Source: Coriobacteriia bacterium
GTDB lineage: Bacteria; Actinomycetota; Coriobacteriia; Anaerosomatales; SLCP01
NCBI GenBank assembly: GCA_019429145.1
Contig: JAHYJI010000005.1
Coordinates: 1-57,352, forward strand
Reading direction: 5' to 3'
Length of the DNA: 57,352 nucleotides
Shown: one piece after another, positions 19,135 to 29,145 of the stretch
Layout of the letters: each line of letters opens with the position of its first letter
Position numbering within the stretch: the first letter of the stretch is position 1
The notes under the pieces: model-generated
Seen by the model: only the letters and a program-made list of their open reading frames with translations
Database searches by the model: none
Told to the model about the DNA's origin: nothing
Position numbers and translations under genes: made by a program

Positions 19135-20808
19135 CTACTGGTCGTGTCGGCGCTGTCGCCAGCGGCGGAACACGATCGACAGGAAGAACCACACCCCCAC
19201 GCCTGCTGCGCACACGAGAGCGAACGCCGCGATAGCTTCGAGCCACCAGGCGAGCTCGGTAGGCGCAAGCAGCCAGGAGAAGCCGAGGACGAACGCCGAG
19301 ACCACCAGCGCGAACGCGAGCCGGTCGATCGCTTGCTCGATGCGGGCCATCAGCGGGTCGAACCCGCCCGGACGCACCGTCATCCGCAGGTCGCCGTCGG
19401 CAACGCGCTTGAGCGCCCGGTTGACGTTGTCGGGCAGGCCCTGCAACGCCTTCATCGTGCGGCGTACGGTGGCAGTGAGCCCCTTCGCCATCGTGGCGGG
19501 GTTGGTCTGCTCCTCGATGATCCGCTTTGCGAACGGCGTCACCGAGTCGACGAAGTGGAACTCGGGGTCCACGTTCGTGCCGAGAGACTGGATCGTCGCG
19601 AGCGTGGTGAGCAGTAGGGCGAACTCGGACTCGAGCGTGAGCCCGCGCCTCCCGATGAGCGACATGATCTCGAAGAGAAGCTCACGCGTGTCGACCTCGT
19701 TGAGCTGGAGGTTGTAGTACTTCCTGATGAGGTTCGTGACATCGCGCTTGAGCCCGACGGCATCGACGTCGGCGGTGCTCCGGCTCACCTCGAGCAGGAT
19801 GTCACCCGCGAGTTCGCCGTCCTGACCGATGATCGCGACGAGCAGGTCCGCCACGTGCGCCCGCGCCGAGGAGGTGAGCACGCCCGCTCGGCCGAAGTCC
19901 GTGAAGGCGACGCGGCCATCGTCCAGCGCGAACAGATTGCCCGGGTGCGGGTCGGCATGGTAGAAGCCGTGAATGAAGATCTGCTCGTAGTAGCATGAGA
20001 TGCCGCGCCCGGCGATCTCGTGGCGGTCCACTCCACGGGCATCGAGCTCGTCGAGCCGGTTGAAGGGGATGCCGTCAATCCGCTCGAGGGTGAGCACGGT
20101 TGCCGAGGTCAACTCCCAGTAGATGCGTGGGAAGTAGACGGTCTCGTCCCCCGCGAACGCCTCGCGGAGACGCTCGGCGTTCTCCGCCTCGTTGACGTAG
20201 TCGCACTCCTCGTGAAGGATGCGGGCGAACTCGTCCACGAGCGCCACCACGTCGAAGCGCCTTCCGACATCGGTCCTCCCGTGGATGCGCCGGGCCTGGG
20301 TGCGCAAGATGTCCAGATCGGCCTCGATGACATCACGGATGCCCGGTCGTTGCACCTTGACCGCGACGGGCGTACCGTCGTGGAGGACGGCCATGTGGAC
20401 CTGTCCGATGCTTGCCGCAGCGGCAGGGACTTCGTCAAACGCGGCGTACAACTCCTCGAGCGGCTGGCCGAAGGACGCCTCGACCTCCTCCCGGGCCTCG
20501 GCGAACGGGAACACCTCCATCTCGTCCTGGAGTCTCGCCAGCTCGTCGGCGAACGACTCGGGAATGAGGTCCCGCCGCACGGAGAGGATCTGGCCGATCT
20601 TGGCAAAGGTCGGGCCGAGGCGCTCCATCGTGCGTCGGACGCGCTGCTCGGGTGCGAGCGAGGTATCCTCGGGCGCGCGACGACGCATGAGCAGGGAGGT
20701 GATCCACGGCGCACGGACTCCGAGCTGGTCGAGGACGGTGCCAAAACCCTCTTCGACGAGCACCGTGATGATGCGACGGTAGCGCTCGCTACGGCTGATG
20801 GTGGACAT
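19135..20808 (-). CDS. ABC1/AarF/UbiB-family atypical kinase
   Basis: LGPTFAKIGQ, AAASIGQVH, VAVKVQRP, HADPHPGN, DFG; two C-terminal TM helices. Confidence 0.93.
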   Translation of the reverse strand: MSTISRSERYRRIITVLVEEGFGTVLDQLGVRAPWITSLLMRRRAPEDTSLAPEQRVRRTMERLGPTFAKIGQILSVRRDLIPESFADELARLQDEMEVFPFAEAREEVEASFGQPLEELYAAFDEVPAAAASIGQVHMAVLHDGTPVAVKVQRPGIRDVIEADLDILRTQARRIHGRTDVGRRFDVVALVDEFARILHEECDYVNEAENAERLREAFAGDETVYFPRIYWELTSATVLTLERIDGIPFNRLDELDARGVDRHEIAGRGISCYYEQIFIHGFYHADPHPGNLFALDDGRVAFTDFGRAGVLTSSARAHVADLLVAIIGQDGELAGDILLEVSRSTADVDAVGLKRDVTNLIRKYYNLQLNEVDTRELLFEIMSLIGRRGLTLESEFALLLTTLATIQSLGTNVDPEFHFVDSVTPFAKRIIEEQTNPATMAKGLTATVRRTMKALQGLPDNVNRALKRVADGDLRMTVRPGGFDPLMARIEQAIDRLAFALVVSAFVLGFSWLLAPTELAWWLEAIAAFALVCAAGVGVWFFLSIVFRRWRQRRHDQ

Positions 20809-20814
20809 GAGCGC

Positions 20815-23253
20815 TCACGACTCCCTCGATGTCGACCTCTCGACGCCCGTTGCCGGTCCAGTGTAGCGCAGGGCGATCACGGCGACGTCATCGCCGAGAG
20901 TCCCGCCGCAGTGGGCCTCGACGCTCTCTACCAGCGCATCGATCACCGCCGCCGGTCCGCCGCCCGCGCTGCGGGCGACCGCCTCCTTCACGCGCTCCTC
21001 GCCCAGGAAGCCGGAGCTGCTGCGCGCCTCGATGAGTCCGTCACTGAACGCAACGAGCAGGCTGCCCGGATCGAGTGGCATGCTGAAGCACTCAAAGGTT
21101 CCTCCGGGCACGACACCAAGTGGGGGAGAGCTCGTGATGGCGTCATCGGTACATCGCCCGCTCATGCACAGGACGGGCTGCGGATGTCCGGCACAGGCCA
21201 GTTCGAGCCGGCCTGTCGGCACGTGGATGGTTCCGTACAGCGCGGTGATGAAGCGGCTGTCACCGATTTGCGAGGCGATCGCATCGTTGGCCGCTCCGAG
21301 CACGGCGTCGGGACGCGGGTCCTGGTAGGCGTATGCGCGGATGGTGCTCTTCGCCATGGCGGTAAGCGTGGCCGCCTCGATGCCCTTGCCCGAGACGTCG
21401 CCGAGGACCAGTGCGACCCGGTCATCGGAGACCTCGAACACGTCGTAGAAGTCCCCTCCGATCCGTGCGAGTTCGGTTGCGCTGCGGTACACGTGTGCGA
21501 GTTCGAGCCCCGGAAGGGACGAGGGCATTGCCAGCAGGGCAGACTGTAGCGTGTCAGATATCATGCGCTGGGACGCGTAGAGACGCGCGTTCTCGATCGC
21601 GAGCGTGACAGAGGAGGAGAGCCTGCGGGCGAAATCGACCTCCAGGTCGGTGAAGCGATGGGGCGCCGAGTGGTAGTTCATGTAGATCACTCCGAGGTCT
21701 TGACCCCGGAAGCGCAGCGGGATCGTGGCCAGCGAGCGGATGCCCAGGATTCTCATCGTCTCGGGGCTCATGCGCTTGTGCGTGAACGCATCATCGACGA
21801 TCAGCGGGCCGCCGTCGTCGTCGGCAACGGGCACCGGCCGGTCGCCGGGAGCGTGTAGGGGGATCTTCTCGTGCGGGAACCGGTAGAGATGGCCCGGCCG
21901 CCACCGCTTCCCGTCTCGCATCAGGACGGCTGCGCTCTCTGCGCCGAGCGCGTCGCACCCTGCCTCGGCAGCGGCTCGCGTGATCTCTGCAACATCGGTC
22001 ATCGCGTTGATCGCGAGATCGAGCGCGCTCAGGGCCGCGGTGAGATCGCGAGATCTCCGGAGGTTCCCCTCACGCTCCTTGCGCTCGCTGATGTCTTCGA
22101 TCGTGGCGATGAAGTACTTCGGGGCGCCATCCGGACCGCGCATGAGCGTGCGGCTCACCTCGACCCAGGCGACCGTTCCGTCTCCTCGGATGTAGCGTTT
22201 CTCCAGGCGGTACTCACTGATATCGCCCTCCAGCAGACGCCTGATGAGCGCTATCTCGGCGGGCCGGTCCTCGGCATGGGTGATGTCCTCAGGCCGAATC
22301 TGCCTGAGTGCTTCGGGAGAGTGACCCGCGATCTCGGCAAGCCTGCGGTTGAAACGGAGCCAGCGGCCGTCCAGGGAGACGTGTGCGATGCCGATCGTGG
22401 CCTGTTCGAACGTCGACCGGAAGCGCACCTCGCTCTCCCTCAACTCCTCCGATGCCTGTTGGAGGTCGCCGAAGAGCACGTCGAGCGGGCGTGTGAGCGC
22501 GGTCTCGACGATAGCCCGGTACAGCAGGAAGAACGTGAGGACCTTGAGCATGTGGCCGATGAAGTTCCACGCTCCGAACGGGTCCGTGTACAACGTGAAA
22601 GCGATCTCGGCGGCGACGGCGGTCAGGATCACTCCCGAGAGCAACCAGACGACCTCGCGGGTGAATGTGTCCCGGTATCTCCAGACCGCCGCAAGACTCA
22701 GCAGCATTGCCGCGCTGATGAGGTACTCGCTCCATATCTTGAAGGGGGTGAGCCCCGCACCTTCGACGAAGGCGACAGGGAAGACGTCGAAGACGAACAC
22801 GCTTGCGAGCAGTACGCCTGTTGCGGCTGCGAAGAGCCAGAACGCGGCGACTGCCGAGATCTTGCGTCGCGCGAAAGCGGGGGCGATCAGGAGCCCGGCT
22901 GTCTGGAGGTAGCGCGCGATGAGCCACAACTGGGTCGGCAGATCCGCGTCAGCGTCCGGGAAGACTCCCATCCCCCGGTAGGCGAGCAGGTGCAGGGTGT
23001 CAACGCACGCGGCGAAGAAGAATGCTACCGCGAGCACCACGAGATACCCGGTGTCGAAGTAGCGACGGAGGTTCCAGGCGACCATGAAGGTGCCTGCGGC
23101 GACTGCGATCGCGAAGAGCTCGACCAGTGAGTGGAACAGAAGGTAGTCGTAGGTGAGCCTGACACCGAGCAGTCCGAGGAAGACCGCGATCACGAGCACG
23201 GCGTACCCGGCGACGCTCACCCGCTTCCCCTGGCTCTGCACGACCTGTGGCAT
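20815..23253 (-). CDS. MASE3-PAS-GAF-PP2C (SpoIIE/RsbU-type) sensor phosphatase
   Basis: N-terminal YLLFHSLVELF multi-TM region, PAS (RFRSTFEQATIG...EKRYIRGDG), GAF, GGDFYD, GDVSGKG, SDGLIE, DDVAV. Confidence 0.9.
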   Translation of the reverse strand: MPQVVQSQGKRVSVAGYAVLVIAVFLGLLGVRLTYDYLLFHSLVELFAIAVAAGTFMVAWNLRRYFDTGYLVVLAVAFFFAACVDTLHLLAYRGMGVFPDADADLPTQLWLIARYLQTAGLLIAPAFARRKISAVAAFWLFAAATGVLLASVFVFDVFPVAFVEGAGLTPFKIWSEYLISAAMLLSLAAVWRYRDTFTREVVWLLSGVILTAVAAEIAFTLYTDPFGAWNFIGHMLKVLTFFLLYRAIVETALTRPLDVLFGDLQQASEELRESEVRFRSTFEQATIGIAHVSLDGRWLRFNRRLAEIAGHSPEALRQIRPEDITHAEDRPAEIALIRRLLEGDISEYRLEKRYIRGDGTVAWVEVSRTLMRGPDGAPKYFIATIEDISERKEREGNLRRSRDLTAALSALDLAINAMTDVAEITRAAAEAGCDALGAESAAVLMRDGKRWRPGHLYRFPHEKIPLHAPGDRPVPVADDDGGPLIVDDAFTHKRMSPETMRILGIRSLATIPLRFRGQDLGVIYMNYHSAPHRFTDLEVDFARRLSSSVTLAIENARLYASQRMISDTLQSALLAMPSSLPGLELAHVYRSATELARIGGDFYDVFEVSDDRVALVLGDVSGKGIEAATLTAMAKSTIRAYAYQDPRPDAVLGAANDAIASQIGDSRFITALYGTIHVPTGRLELACAGHPQPVLCMSGRCTDDAITSSPPLGVVPGGTFECFSMPLDPGSLLVAFSDGLIEARSSSGFLGEERVKEAVARSAGGGPAAVIDALVESVEAHCGGTLGDDVAVIALRYTGPATGVERSTSRES

Positions 23254-23356
23254 CTTACCGTCCCTGATGTGAGCGCGTTCGGGTTATCGTCGCACGGTGG
23301 GAGGCGGAGCGGCAACCGGGAGGAGAGCTGATTGAGCCTCCGCCATCGGCTATGCT

Positions 23357-24100
23357 GTGGACGACTCGACGAGAGGAGTGCGTCACGTGCTCGTGTTCTG
23401 CGACATACCTGTTGGCGACGCCGGAGAGGTTTGCTGCTGTCGGTGCCGCGGCGGCGACGCGCCGCCACACACGAGTATCGCCGAGCTCAGCGAGCAGATC
23501 GATTCTGCGCTCCGTACTGTACCGGACGCCGGCGTTCTCCTTTCGGGTGTCGACTCGCTCGACCACGGCGAACTCGGCGACCTCGTGAAGCACGCTGCAC
23601 GGGCGGGTGCCTCCCGCATCGCCCTGCGCACGTCTGGCCGCGTGCTTGCCGACGCCGCCACGGCTCGGCAGCTCGTGCGCAGCGGCGTCCGGGTCGTAGA
23701 GGTGACCTTCCTCGGTTCTAGCGCGCAGGCGCACGATGCGCTCGCCACCACCCCGGGCGCGTTCGATACCGCGGCCGCCGGCATCGCCCACGTCCGTGCG
23801 GCTGCGGACGCACTCGGTATCCGGGTGGCCGTTCGCGGACGGGTGCGGGTATGCCGCCACAACCTCCAGGACCTTCCGGCAACGGTCATGCGCCTCGCAG
23901 AGATGGGCGTTGCCAGCATCTCGCTGGCTTGCGATCCCACCCTCGACCCCCGACGCTCCGTCGACTGGGTGCGTGCCGCGTGCGACACCGGGACCGTGAA
24001 TCGTGTCTGGGTTTCGGTGTCAGGTGTGGGCGATGGCGTGCTCGGGGACAGATCGCTGCACGCCACCGATCCGATCACCATCTGCGAGGTCCCGGCGTGA
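23357..24100 (+). CDS. Degenerate radical-SAM-fold protein with non-canonical Cys cluster
   Basis: Partial TIM-barrel traits (RTSGRVLAD...LVRSGV..VEVTFLG...HDAL...GAFD...CRHNLQDLP), but CCCRC in place of CxxxCxxC and SGVDS in place of GGEP. Confidence 0.65.
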   Translation: MDDSTRGVRHVLVFCDIPVGDAGEVCCCRCRGGDAPPHTSIAELSEQIDSALRTVPDAGVLLSGVDSLDHGELGDLVKHAARAGASRIALRTSGRVLADAATARQLVRSGVRVVEVTFLGSSAQAHDALATTPGAFDTAAAGIAHVRAAADALGIRVAVRGRVRVCRHNLQDLPATVMRLAEMGVASISLACDPTLDPRRSVDWVRAACDTGTVNRVWVSVSGVGDGVLGDRSLHATDPITICEVPA

Positions 24101-25368
24101 GCAGGGGGCCGCTCCAGAAGGTGGCGCTCGTCGGCCTCAACTCGGCAGGGTACCGCTCGCTTGCTTTGGGATACGTGCGCGCCTACGCGCAGGCGGACCC
24201 GCGCCTTTCGGGCAAGAGCGGCTTCATGACGCTCGATCTCGACGTCAACGTCGATCCCTGGTGGGTCGCGTACCGGGTGGCCGCACTCGAGCCGGACGTG
24301 GTCGGGTTCTCGGTGACCTGCTGGAACGCCCGGTCGGTCTACGATGCATGCCGCCTGTTGAAGCGAATCGTGCCGAACGCCTTCGTCGTCGTGGGTGGCC
24401 CTGAGGTCGCGCCCATCGCCGAGGAGGTTCTTGTGGACCAGCCCTCGATCGACGCGGTCGTGCGCGGAGAGGGGGAGGAGACTTTCGCCGAGCTTCTCTC
24501 CACGCTTCTCAAGGGCCGCTCGCCCTGGCGGGTCGAGGGCGTCACGGCCCGGCGAGACGGTGAGATCGTCTCCGGCTCCGACCGGGCGTTGATCGGGGAC
24601 CTGGACGCCATCCCTTCACCGTACCTGACGGGTGTGCTCGAACCGGTCGAGGGCACTGCGTATATCGAGACGTACCGGGGGTGCCCCCATCGGTGCGGGT
24701 ACTGCTTCGAGGGGAAGGGATTCGGACGCTTGCGGTCCTTCTCGAAGGAGCGCGTCCAGACCGAGATCGAGTTCCTCGCGAGCACCGCGGGGCTGCGGTC
24801 CTTCTCCTTCATCGACCCGGTGTTCAATCTCACAAGGGATCGCCTGGAGTGGCTCGCCGGGGTCATGGACCCGTACGCGCGACGGGGTGTGCGTCTGCAC
24901 ACCATCGAGGTCGACATCGAGCGAATCGGTCCGGACGAGGCTGCTCTGCTGCGCCGTGCGGGAGTCGCGTCGGTCGAGACCGGTCCCCAGAGCGTCGGCG
25001 AGAAGGCGCTCGCGCTCTGCCGCCGCACCTTCGACCGCGACCGGTTCGTCGCAGGCGTAGAGGCGCTGCGGGCCGAGGGTATCTCCGTGGAGTGCGACCT
25101 GATCATCGGTCTGCCCGGCGACACCGCTGCTGACGTGCTCGAAGGCATGCGCTTCGTCGCCGATCTGGACCCGGGAATGCTCCAGATGTCGACGCTGCAC
25201 GTGTTGCCCGGGACGGACCTGTGGCAACGTTCGGGGGAGGTCGGTCTGGCGTTCGACCCGGCTCCGCCGCACGAGGTCATCAGCACCGGGGAGATCGACT
25301 TCGCGGACCTGCGCCGCCTCGAAGTGATGGGCAACGCGGTCATGGACCACTACCGGGCGCGTCTCTAG
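24097..25368 (+). CDS. B12-binding radical SAM protein (class B-like)
   Basis: PDVVGFSVTCWN...VVGGPEV...GEGE cobalamin-binding domain; ETYRGCPHRCGYC; DLIIGLPGDT. GTG start overlaps the upstream stop. Confidence 0.9.
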   Translation: MSRGPLQKVALVGLNSAGYRSLALGYVRAYAQADPRLSGKSGFMTLDLDVNVDPWWVAYRVAALEPDVVGFSVTCWNARSVYDACRLLKRIVPNAFVVVGGPEVAPIAEEVLVDQPSIDAVVRGEGEETFAELLSTLLKGRSPWRVEGVTARRDGEIVSGSDRALIGDLDAIPSPYLTGVLEPVEGTAYIETYRGCPHRCGYCFEGKGFGRLRSFSKERVQTEIEFLASTAGLRSFSFIDPVFNLTRDRLEWLAGVMDPYARRGVRLHTIEVDIERIGPDEAALLRRAGVASVETGPQSVGEKALALCRRTFDRDRFVAGVEALRAEGISVECDLIIGLPGDTAADVLEGMRFVADLDPGMLQMSTLHVLPGTDLWQRSGEVGLAFDPAPPHEVISTGEIDFADLRRLEVMGNAVMDHYRARL

Positions 25369-25386
25369 CGCGCTGTGAGGAGAGAG

Positions 25387-26565
25387 ATGGAGCCCACATC
25401 AGAACACGTGTCGAAGCGGGCGACGGCCATCCGGCCGTTCGTCGTCATGGATGTCGTTGCGCGGGCCAAGGAACTGGCCGCGATGGGCCACGACGTGGTG
25501 CGTCTGGAGATCGGAGACCCCGACCTGCCCACGCCGGCCGTCATCACACGTGCCGCCGAGGAGGCGATGGAGCAGGGGGACACCGGATACACGCAATCCG
25601 CCGGCCTGCCGACGCTCCGGCAAGCGATCTCGGCTCACTACAGCACGTCGTACGGCGTCACGGTCGACCCCGAGGACATCGTCGTCAGCCAGGGCACGTC
25701 ACCCGCGATGCTTCTCGTCTTCGGCGCTCTGCTCGACCCTGGCGATGAAGTGATCGTCTCCGACCCGTGCTATCCGGCGTATCCGAACTACGTGAACTTC
25801 CTCGGCGGCGTGCCGGTGCCGGTGCGGGTGCGTGCCGAGGAAGGCTTCCGCTTCCGCCCCGATGAGGTTCGCGCCGCGATCACGCCGCGTACCCGTGCGA
25901 TCATGGTGAACTCGCCATGCAACCCGACCGGGACCGTCCTGCCCGCCGAGGACCTGGCCGAGCTTGCTGCCATCGCCGAGGAGCACGACATCTGGATCGT
26001 AAGCGACGAGATCTACCACGGCCTCGATTTCTCCGGACGCAGCCGCTCGATCCTCGAGTTCACCGACCGGGCCTTCGTGCTCAACGGATTCTCGAAGGTC
26101 TACGCGATGACCGGTTGGCGACTCGGGTACCTCATCGCGCCGCGCCCGTTCGTGCGCCCGTGCGAAAAGATCCAGCAGAACTTCTTCCTCTGCGCGAACC
26201 ATTTCGTGCAGGTGGCCGGGACCGTGGCCCTCACCACAGCACAGGCCGAGGTGGCCCGCATGCGCGAGATATACGACGAGCGGCGCCGCTACCTGGTTCC
26301 CGCTCTGCGTGACATCGGGCTCACCGTGGCGTGCGAGCCCACCGGTGCCTTCTACGTGTTCGCCGACGCACGGTCGTGGGGAAGCGACTCGCTGGAGCTG
26401 TCGCGTCGCATCCTGGAAGAGGCGTTCGTCTCGACGGCCCCCGGCATCGACTTCGGCCCCGGCGGCGAAGGGTTCCTGCGCTTCAGCTACGCGACGTCCC
26501 TCGAGCGGCTTGCCGAGGGCGTGTCCAGGCTGGGAGCGTGGAGCCGTGAACACGCACAGGGCTGA
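25387..26565 (+). CDS. PLP-dependent class I/II aminotransferase
   Basis: LEIGDPD, NSPCNPTG, SDEIY, GFSKVYAMTGWRLG, LRFSYA. Confidence 0.93.
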   Translation: MEPTSEHVSKRATAIRPFVVMDVVARAKELAAMGHDVVRLEIGDPDLPTPAVITRAAEEAMEQGDTGYTQSAGLPTLRQAISAHYSTSYGVTVDPEDIVVSQGTSPAMLLVFGALLDPGDEVIVSDPCYPAYPNYVNFLGGVPVPVRVRAEEGFRFRPDEVRAAITPRTRAIMVNSPCNPTGTVLPAEDLAELAAIAEEHDIWIVSDEIYHGLDFSGRSRSILEFTDRAFVLNGFSKVYAMTGWRLGYLIAPRPFVRPCEKIQQNFFLCANHFVQVAGTVALTTAQAEVARMREIYDERRRYLVPALRDIGLTVACEPTGAFYVFADARSWGSDSLELSRRILEEAFVSTAPGIDFGPGGEGFLRFSYATSLERLAEGVSRLGAWSREHAQG

Positions 26566-26657
26566 GGGAGCGCCGTTCGCCGAGAAGCCCTCATGTTCGC
26601 CTTTCCGGCAGCCGACAGTTACACTACGCGACGTTGTCGCGAACACGGCCCGGACGA

Positions 26658-26673
26658 CGGCACGGATATTGCA
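26658..26673 (+). promoter_or_regulatory. Sigma-54 -24/-12 promoter upstream of the PHP gene
   Basis: CGGCACG-gata-TTGCA, with exact GG-N10-GC spacing, ~54 bp before the start codon. Confidence 0.75.
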
Positions 26674-26726
26674 CTAGCGGGTCGGACACCTCAAGGCGCC
26701 GACAGAATCCCTCGAGAGGGGACCTC

Positions 26727-27455
26727 TTGACTGATACGTGGAGCAAGGCCGACCTTCACATCCACAGCGACTTCAGTGACGGTCTGGCCACCATCCCCGA
26801 GATCATGCAGCACGTGCAGGACAACACCGATCTCTCTGTCATCGCCATCACCGACCACAACACCATCGAGGGCGCATTGCTCGCGAAATCACTCGAGCAC
26901 GAGTACGACCTCGAGGTCGTCGTGGGCGAGGAGATCTCGACGAAGTCGGGCCACGTGATCGGGCTCTTTCTCGAGGAGCATATCCCTGCCGGTATGACGG
27001 TCGCCGAGACCATCGCGGCTATCAGCGAGCAGGGCGGCGTCGCGATGATCCCTCACCCCTTCTCCGCACAGGGCGTCTTCGGCCCGTTCGGCGTCAAGGG
27101 GTTCGGCGCGGCACTGAACGAACTCGCATTCCAGGCCCTCGAAGTCTACAACTCGATGCCATTCCTCGTGTTCGCCAACCGCGTGGCGGCCAAGGTCTTC
27201 GCCGGGGGCCAGGGCATCGCGGCGACCGGCGGCTCGGACGCTCACGTCCTCCAGGGTATCGGCAAGGGTTACACGGTCTTCCGTGGCTCCACGACTGCGA
27301 ATCTGCGCTCGAGCATCGACGCGCTCGAGACGAGGGCCGAGACGGGCAAGGGCGGACTCGCGATCGCACTGCGTTACGCGTACACGTTCCCGCGCATCAG
27401 GCGCCAGCGAGAGTGGAACCGCGCGGTGTGCAAGCCGCAGCGCGTCAGCGCGTAG
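26727..27455 (+). CDS. PHP-domain metal-dependent phosphoesterase
   Basis: DLHIHS, ITDHN, GH, PHP, EVYNS, GSDAH. TTG start after GAGAGGGG. Confidence 0.88.
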   Translation: MTDTWSKADLHIHSDFSDGLATIPEIMQHVQDNTDLSVIAITDHNTIEGALLAKSLEHEYDLEVVVGEEISTKSGHVIGLFLEEHIPAGMTVAETIAAISEQGGVAMIPHPFSAQGVFGPFGVKGFGAALNELAFQALEVYNSMPFLVFANRVAAKVFAGGQGIAATGGSDAHVLQGIGKGYTVFRGSTTANLRSSIDALETRAETGKGGLAIALRYAYTFPRIRRQREWNRAVCKPQRVSA

Positions 27456-28683
27456 CCGCCACACCGGTTCCCGGCGCGCCACCGGCCGCCTCTTCGATGC
27501 CTGCCGCCAGCACTTCAGCGAACACCGGGTCGTCGCCCCAGGGTGCGATATGCACTACGCGCACTTTCTCGGGCACGCGAGCATCTCGCGCCGCTGCCGG
27601 CAGATCGAGCAGCGTCTGCAGATCGGCGAAGGGGTGGCACGCCGGAACGACCAGGATGCGGTCGCATCCGAGAGCTGCGAGATGCCGCACCGTCTCGGTC
27701 ACACCCGGGTCGCGCCACTCGGCGGTGCACACCCGTACGCGGTCGCTCTTGAGCCCCTCCTCCACGAGGAAGAGCCGGACCCTGTTGGCGAACGAGTTCT
27801 CCTGGATGTCGAAGGATCGGTTGACGCGCTCGTACTCACCGGGCTGGCCATGGACGACGAGCGCCACACCCGTGATCTCCGGGTCCGAGCGGACCGCGAG
27901 GGTTCTTCGTGCAACGAGGCGTGCGAGCTCGTCCGAGGCCCAGAGCGAGCGGGTGGAGGAGACCGAGAGTCCCGGGACGGGCACATCAGCTCCCTGTCGC
28001 TCGGCGTTGGCCCGGTATCCCTCCGCGATGTAGGCGCCGGTGACGATCGCGGTGTCGAAGCCGGCCTCGCGTGCTGCGTGCAGTAACCCGTCGAGAGATG
28101 AGCCGTTCCCACAGCGCAACACAAGCGGCCCGGCGAAACGCATCCGGTCGAGACGTGTCTCGACACGTTCTGCGAGTCCCACGACCTGACCGTGCTCGGG
28201 ACTGCGCCCGCCCACCGCACGGTAGCGAGCTTTCTGAGCGGCATAGTGGAAGGGGTACACGCTGAGAGCGGGCTCGGGAAGACCCGCGTCGACGAGGTCG
28301 GCGATCTCTCTCGTCACCTCGCCGGGAGCGTACTCCTCCGCCTCCCCGTCGGCGAGCGCGATCACCAGTGTGCGCGGTGGCGTTGCGACAGGAGGCAGAA
28401 CCGGGAGTTCCTGCTTCGGGCGGACGTAGGCGAGCAGCGAGGCCACGAGGGCGAAGCCGCCCCCGATGGCGGCCATTGCGATGACGCTGGCGATCACAGC
28501 CACTGAGGGCTGGTCGTACACGGCGAGCAGGCGATTGCCGGCAAGCACGCTCAGAGCCATCGACGCGACACCGGCGACCATCACGAGACCCTCACGCCGA
28601 CGGGTGACCACGAGAAGTACGGCGAGAGCAGACCCCGCTCCCAGAGAACCGCCCACCAGCCCGACCCAGAGGAGCGGTGTCAT
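27445..28683 (-). CDS. Membrane-anchored divergent ferrochelatase-like (class II chelatase fold) protein
   Basis: Three N-terminal TM helices; RYRAVGGRSP, VVHGQP, VVPAC..FADLQTLLDL and WGDDPVFAEVLA resemble HemH/CpfC motifs. Confidence 0.65.
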   Translation of the reverse strand: MTPLLWVGLVGGSLGAGSALAVLLVVTRRREGLVMVAGVASMALSVLAGNRLLAVYDQPSVAVIASVIAMAAIGGGFALVASLLAYVRPKQELPVLPPVATPPRTLVIALADGEAEEYAPGEVTREIADLVDAGLPEPALSVYPFHYAAQKARYRAVGGRSPEHGQVVGLAERVETRLDRMRFAGPLVLRCGNGSSLDGLLHAAREAGFDTAIVTGAYIAEGYRANAERQGADVPVPGLSVSSTRSLWASDELARLVARRTLAVRSDPEITGVALVVHGQPGEYERVNRSFDIQENSFANRVRLFLVEEGLKSDRVRVCTAEWRDPGVTETVRHLAALGCDRILVVPACHPFADLQTLLDLPAAARDARVPEKVRVVHIAPWGDDPVFAEVLAAGIEEAAGGAPGTGVAATR

Positions 28684-28747
28684 CTTCTTCCCTCCGACTA
28701 CACCCCGACGAAGACGATGATACCCGAGCAGGACGGGGCGCGCCGTG

Positions 28748-28777
28748 TTGACCCTGGAATACCCCATGGGGTATAAT
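28748..28777 (+). promoter_or_regulatory. Sigma70 promoter of trxA with overlapping CsoR-family operator
   Basis: TTGACC-18bp-TATAAT; palindrome ATACCCC-at-GGGGTAT at 28759-28774. Confidence 0.8.
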
Positions 28778-28815
28778 CACCTTCAGAGACAACGCTGGCT
28801 GTGAAGGGAAATGCT

Positions 28816-29142
28816 ATGTCAGAGAAGGTTATCGAGGTCACTGCCGCCCAGTTCGATTCGGAGGTGCTCGATGCGACCGTTCCGGTGGTCGTTGACTTCT
28901 GGGCTCCGTGGTGCGGACCCTGCCGAGTGGTGGCCCCCGAAGTCGAGAAGCTCGCAGAGCGGGCCGATGGCGCGGTGAAGTTCGTCAAGGTCAACATCGA
29001 TGAGAATCGCGATGTCGCCATGAAGTTCAACGTGATGAGCATACCGACGATTGCGAAGTTCGAGCGCGGATCGGTTGTGGCGCAGGCAGTCGGCGCCAAG
29101 GGAGCCGATGCGCTCTCGAAAGAGCTGGGTCTGGGGGTGTAG
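28816..29142 (+). CDS. trxA: Thioredoxin
   Basis: VDFWAPWCGPC, SIPT cis-Pro. Confidence 0.95.
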   Translation: MSEKVIEVTAAQFDSEVLDATVPVVVDFWAPWCGPCRVVAPEVEKLAERADGAVKFVKVNIDENRDVAMKFNVMSIPTIAKFERGSVVAQAVGAKGADALSKELGLGV

Positions 29143-29145
29143 GAG

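Noticed and set aside
23254-23356. Cobalamin or SAM riboswitch ahead of the radical SAM genes
   Set aside because: The gap is only ~100 bp with a weak 7-bp stem and no recognisable conserved core.
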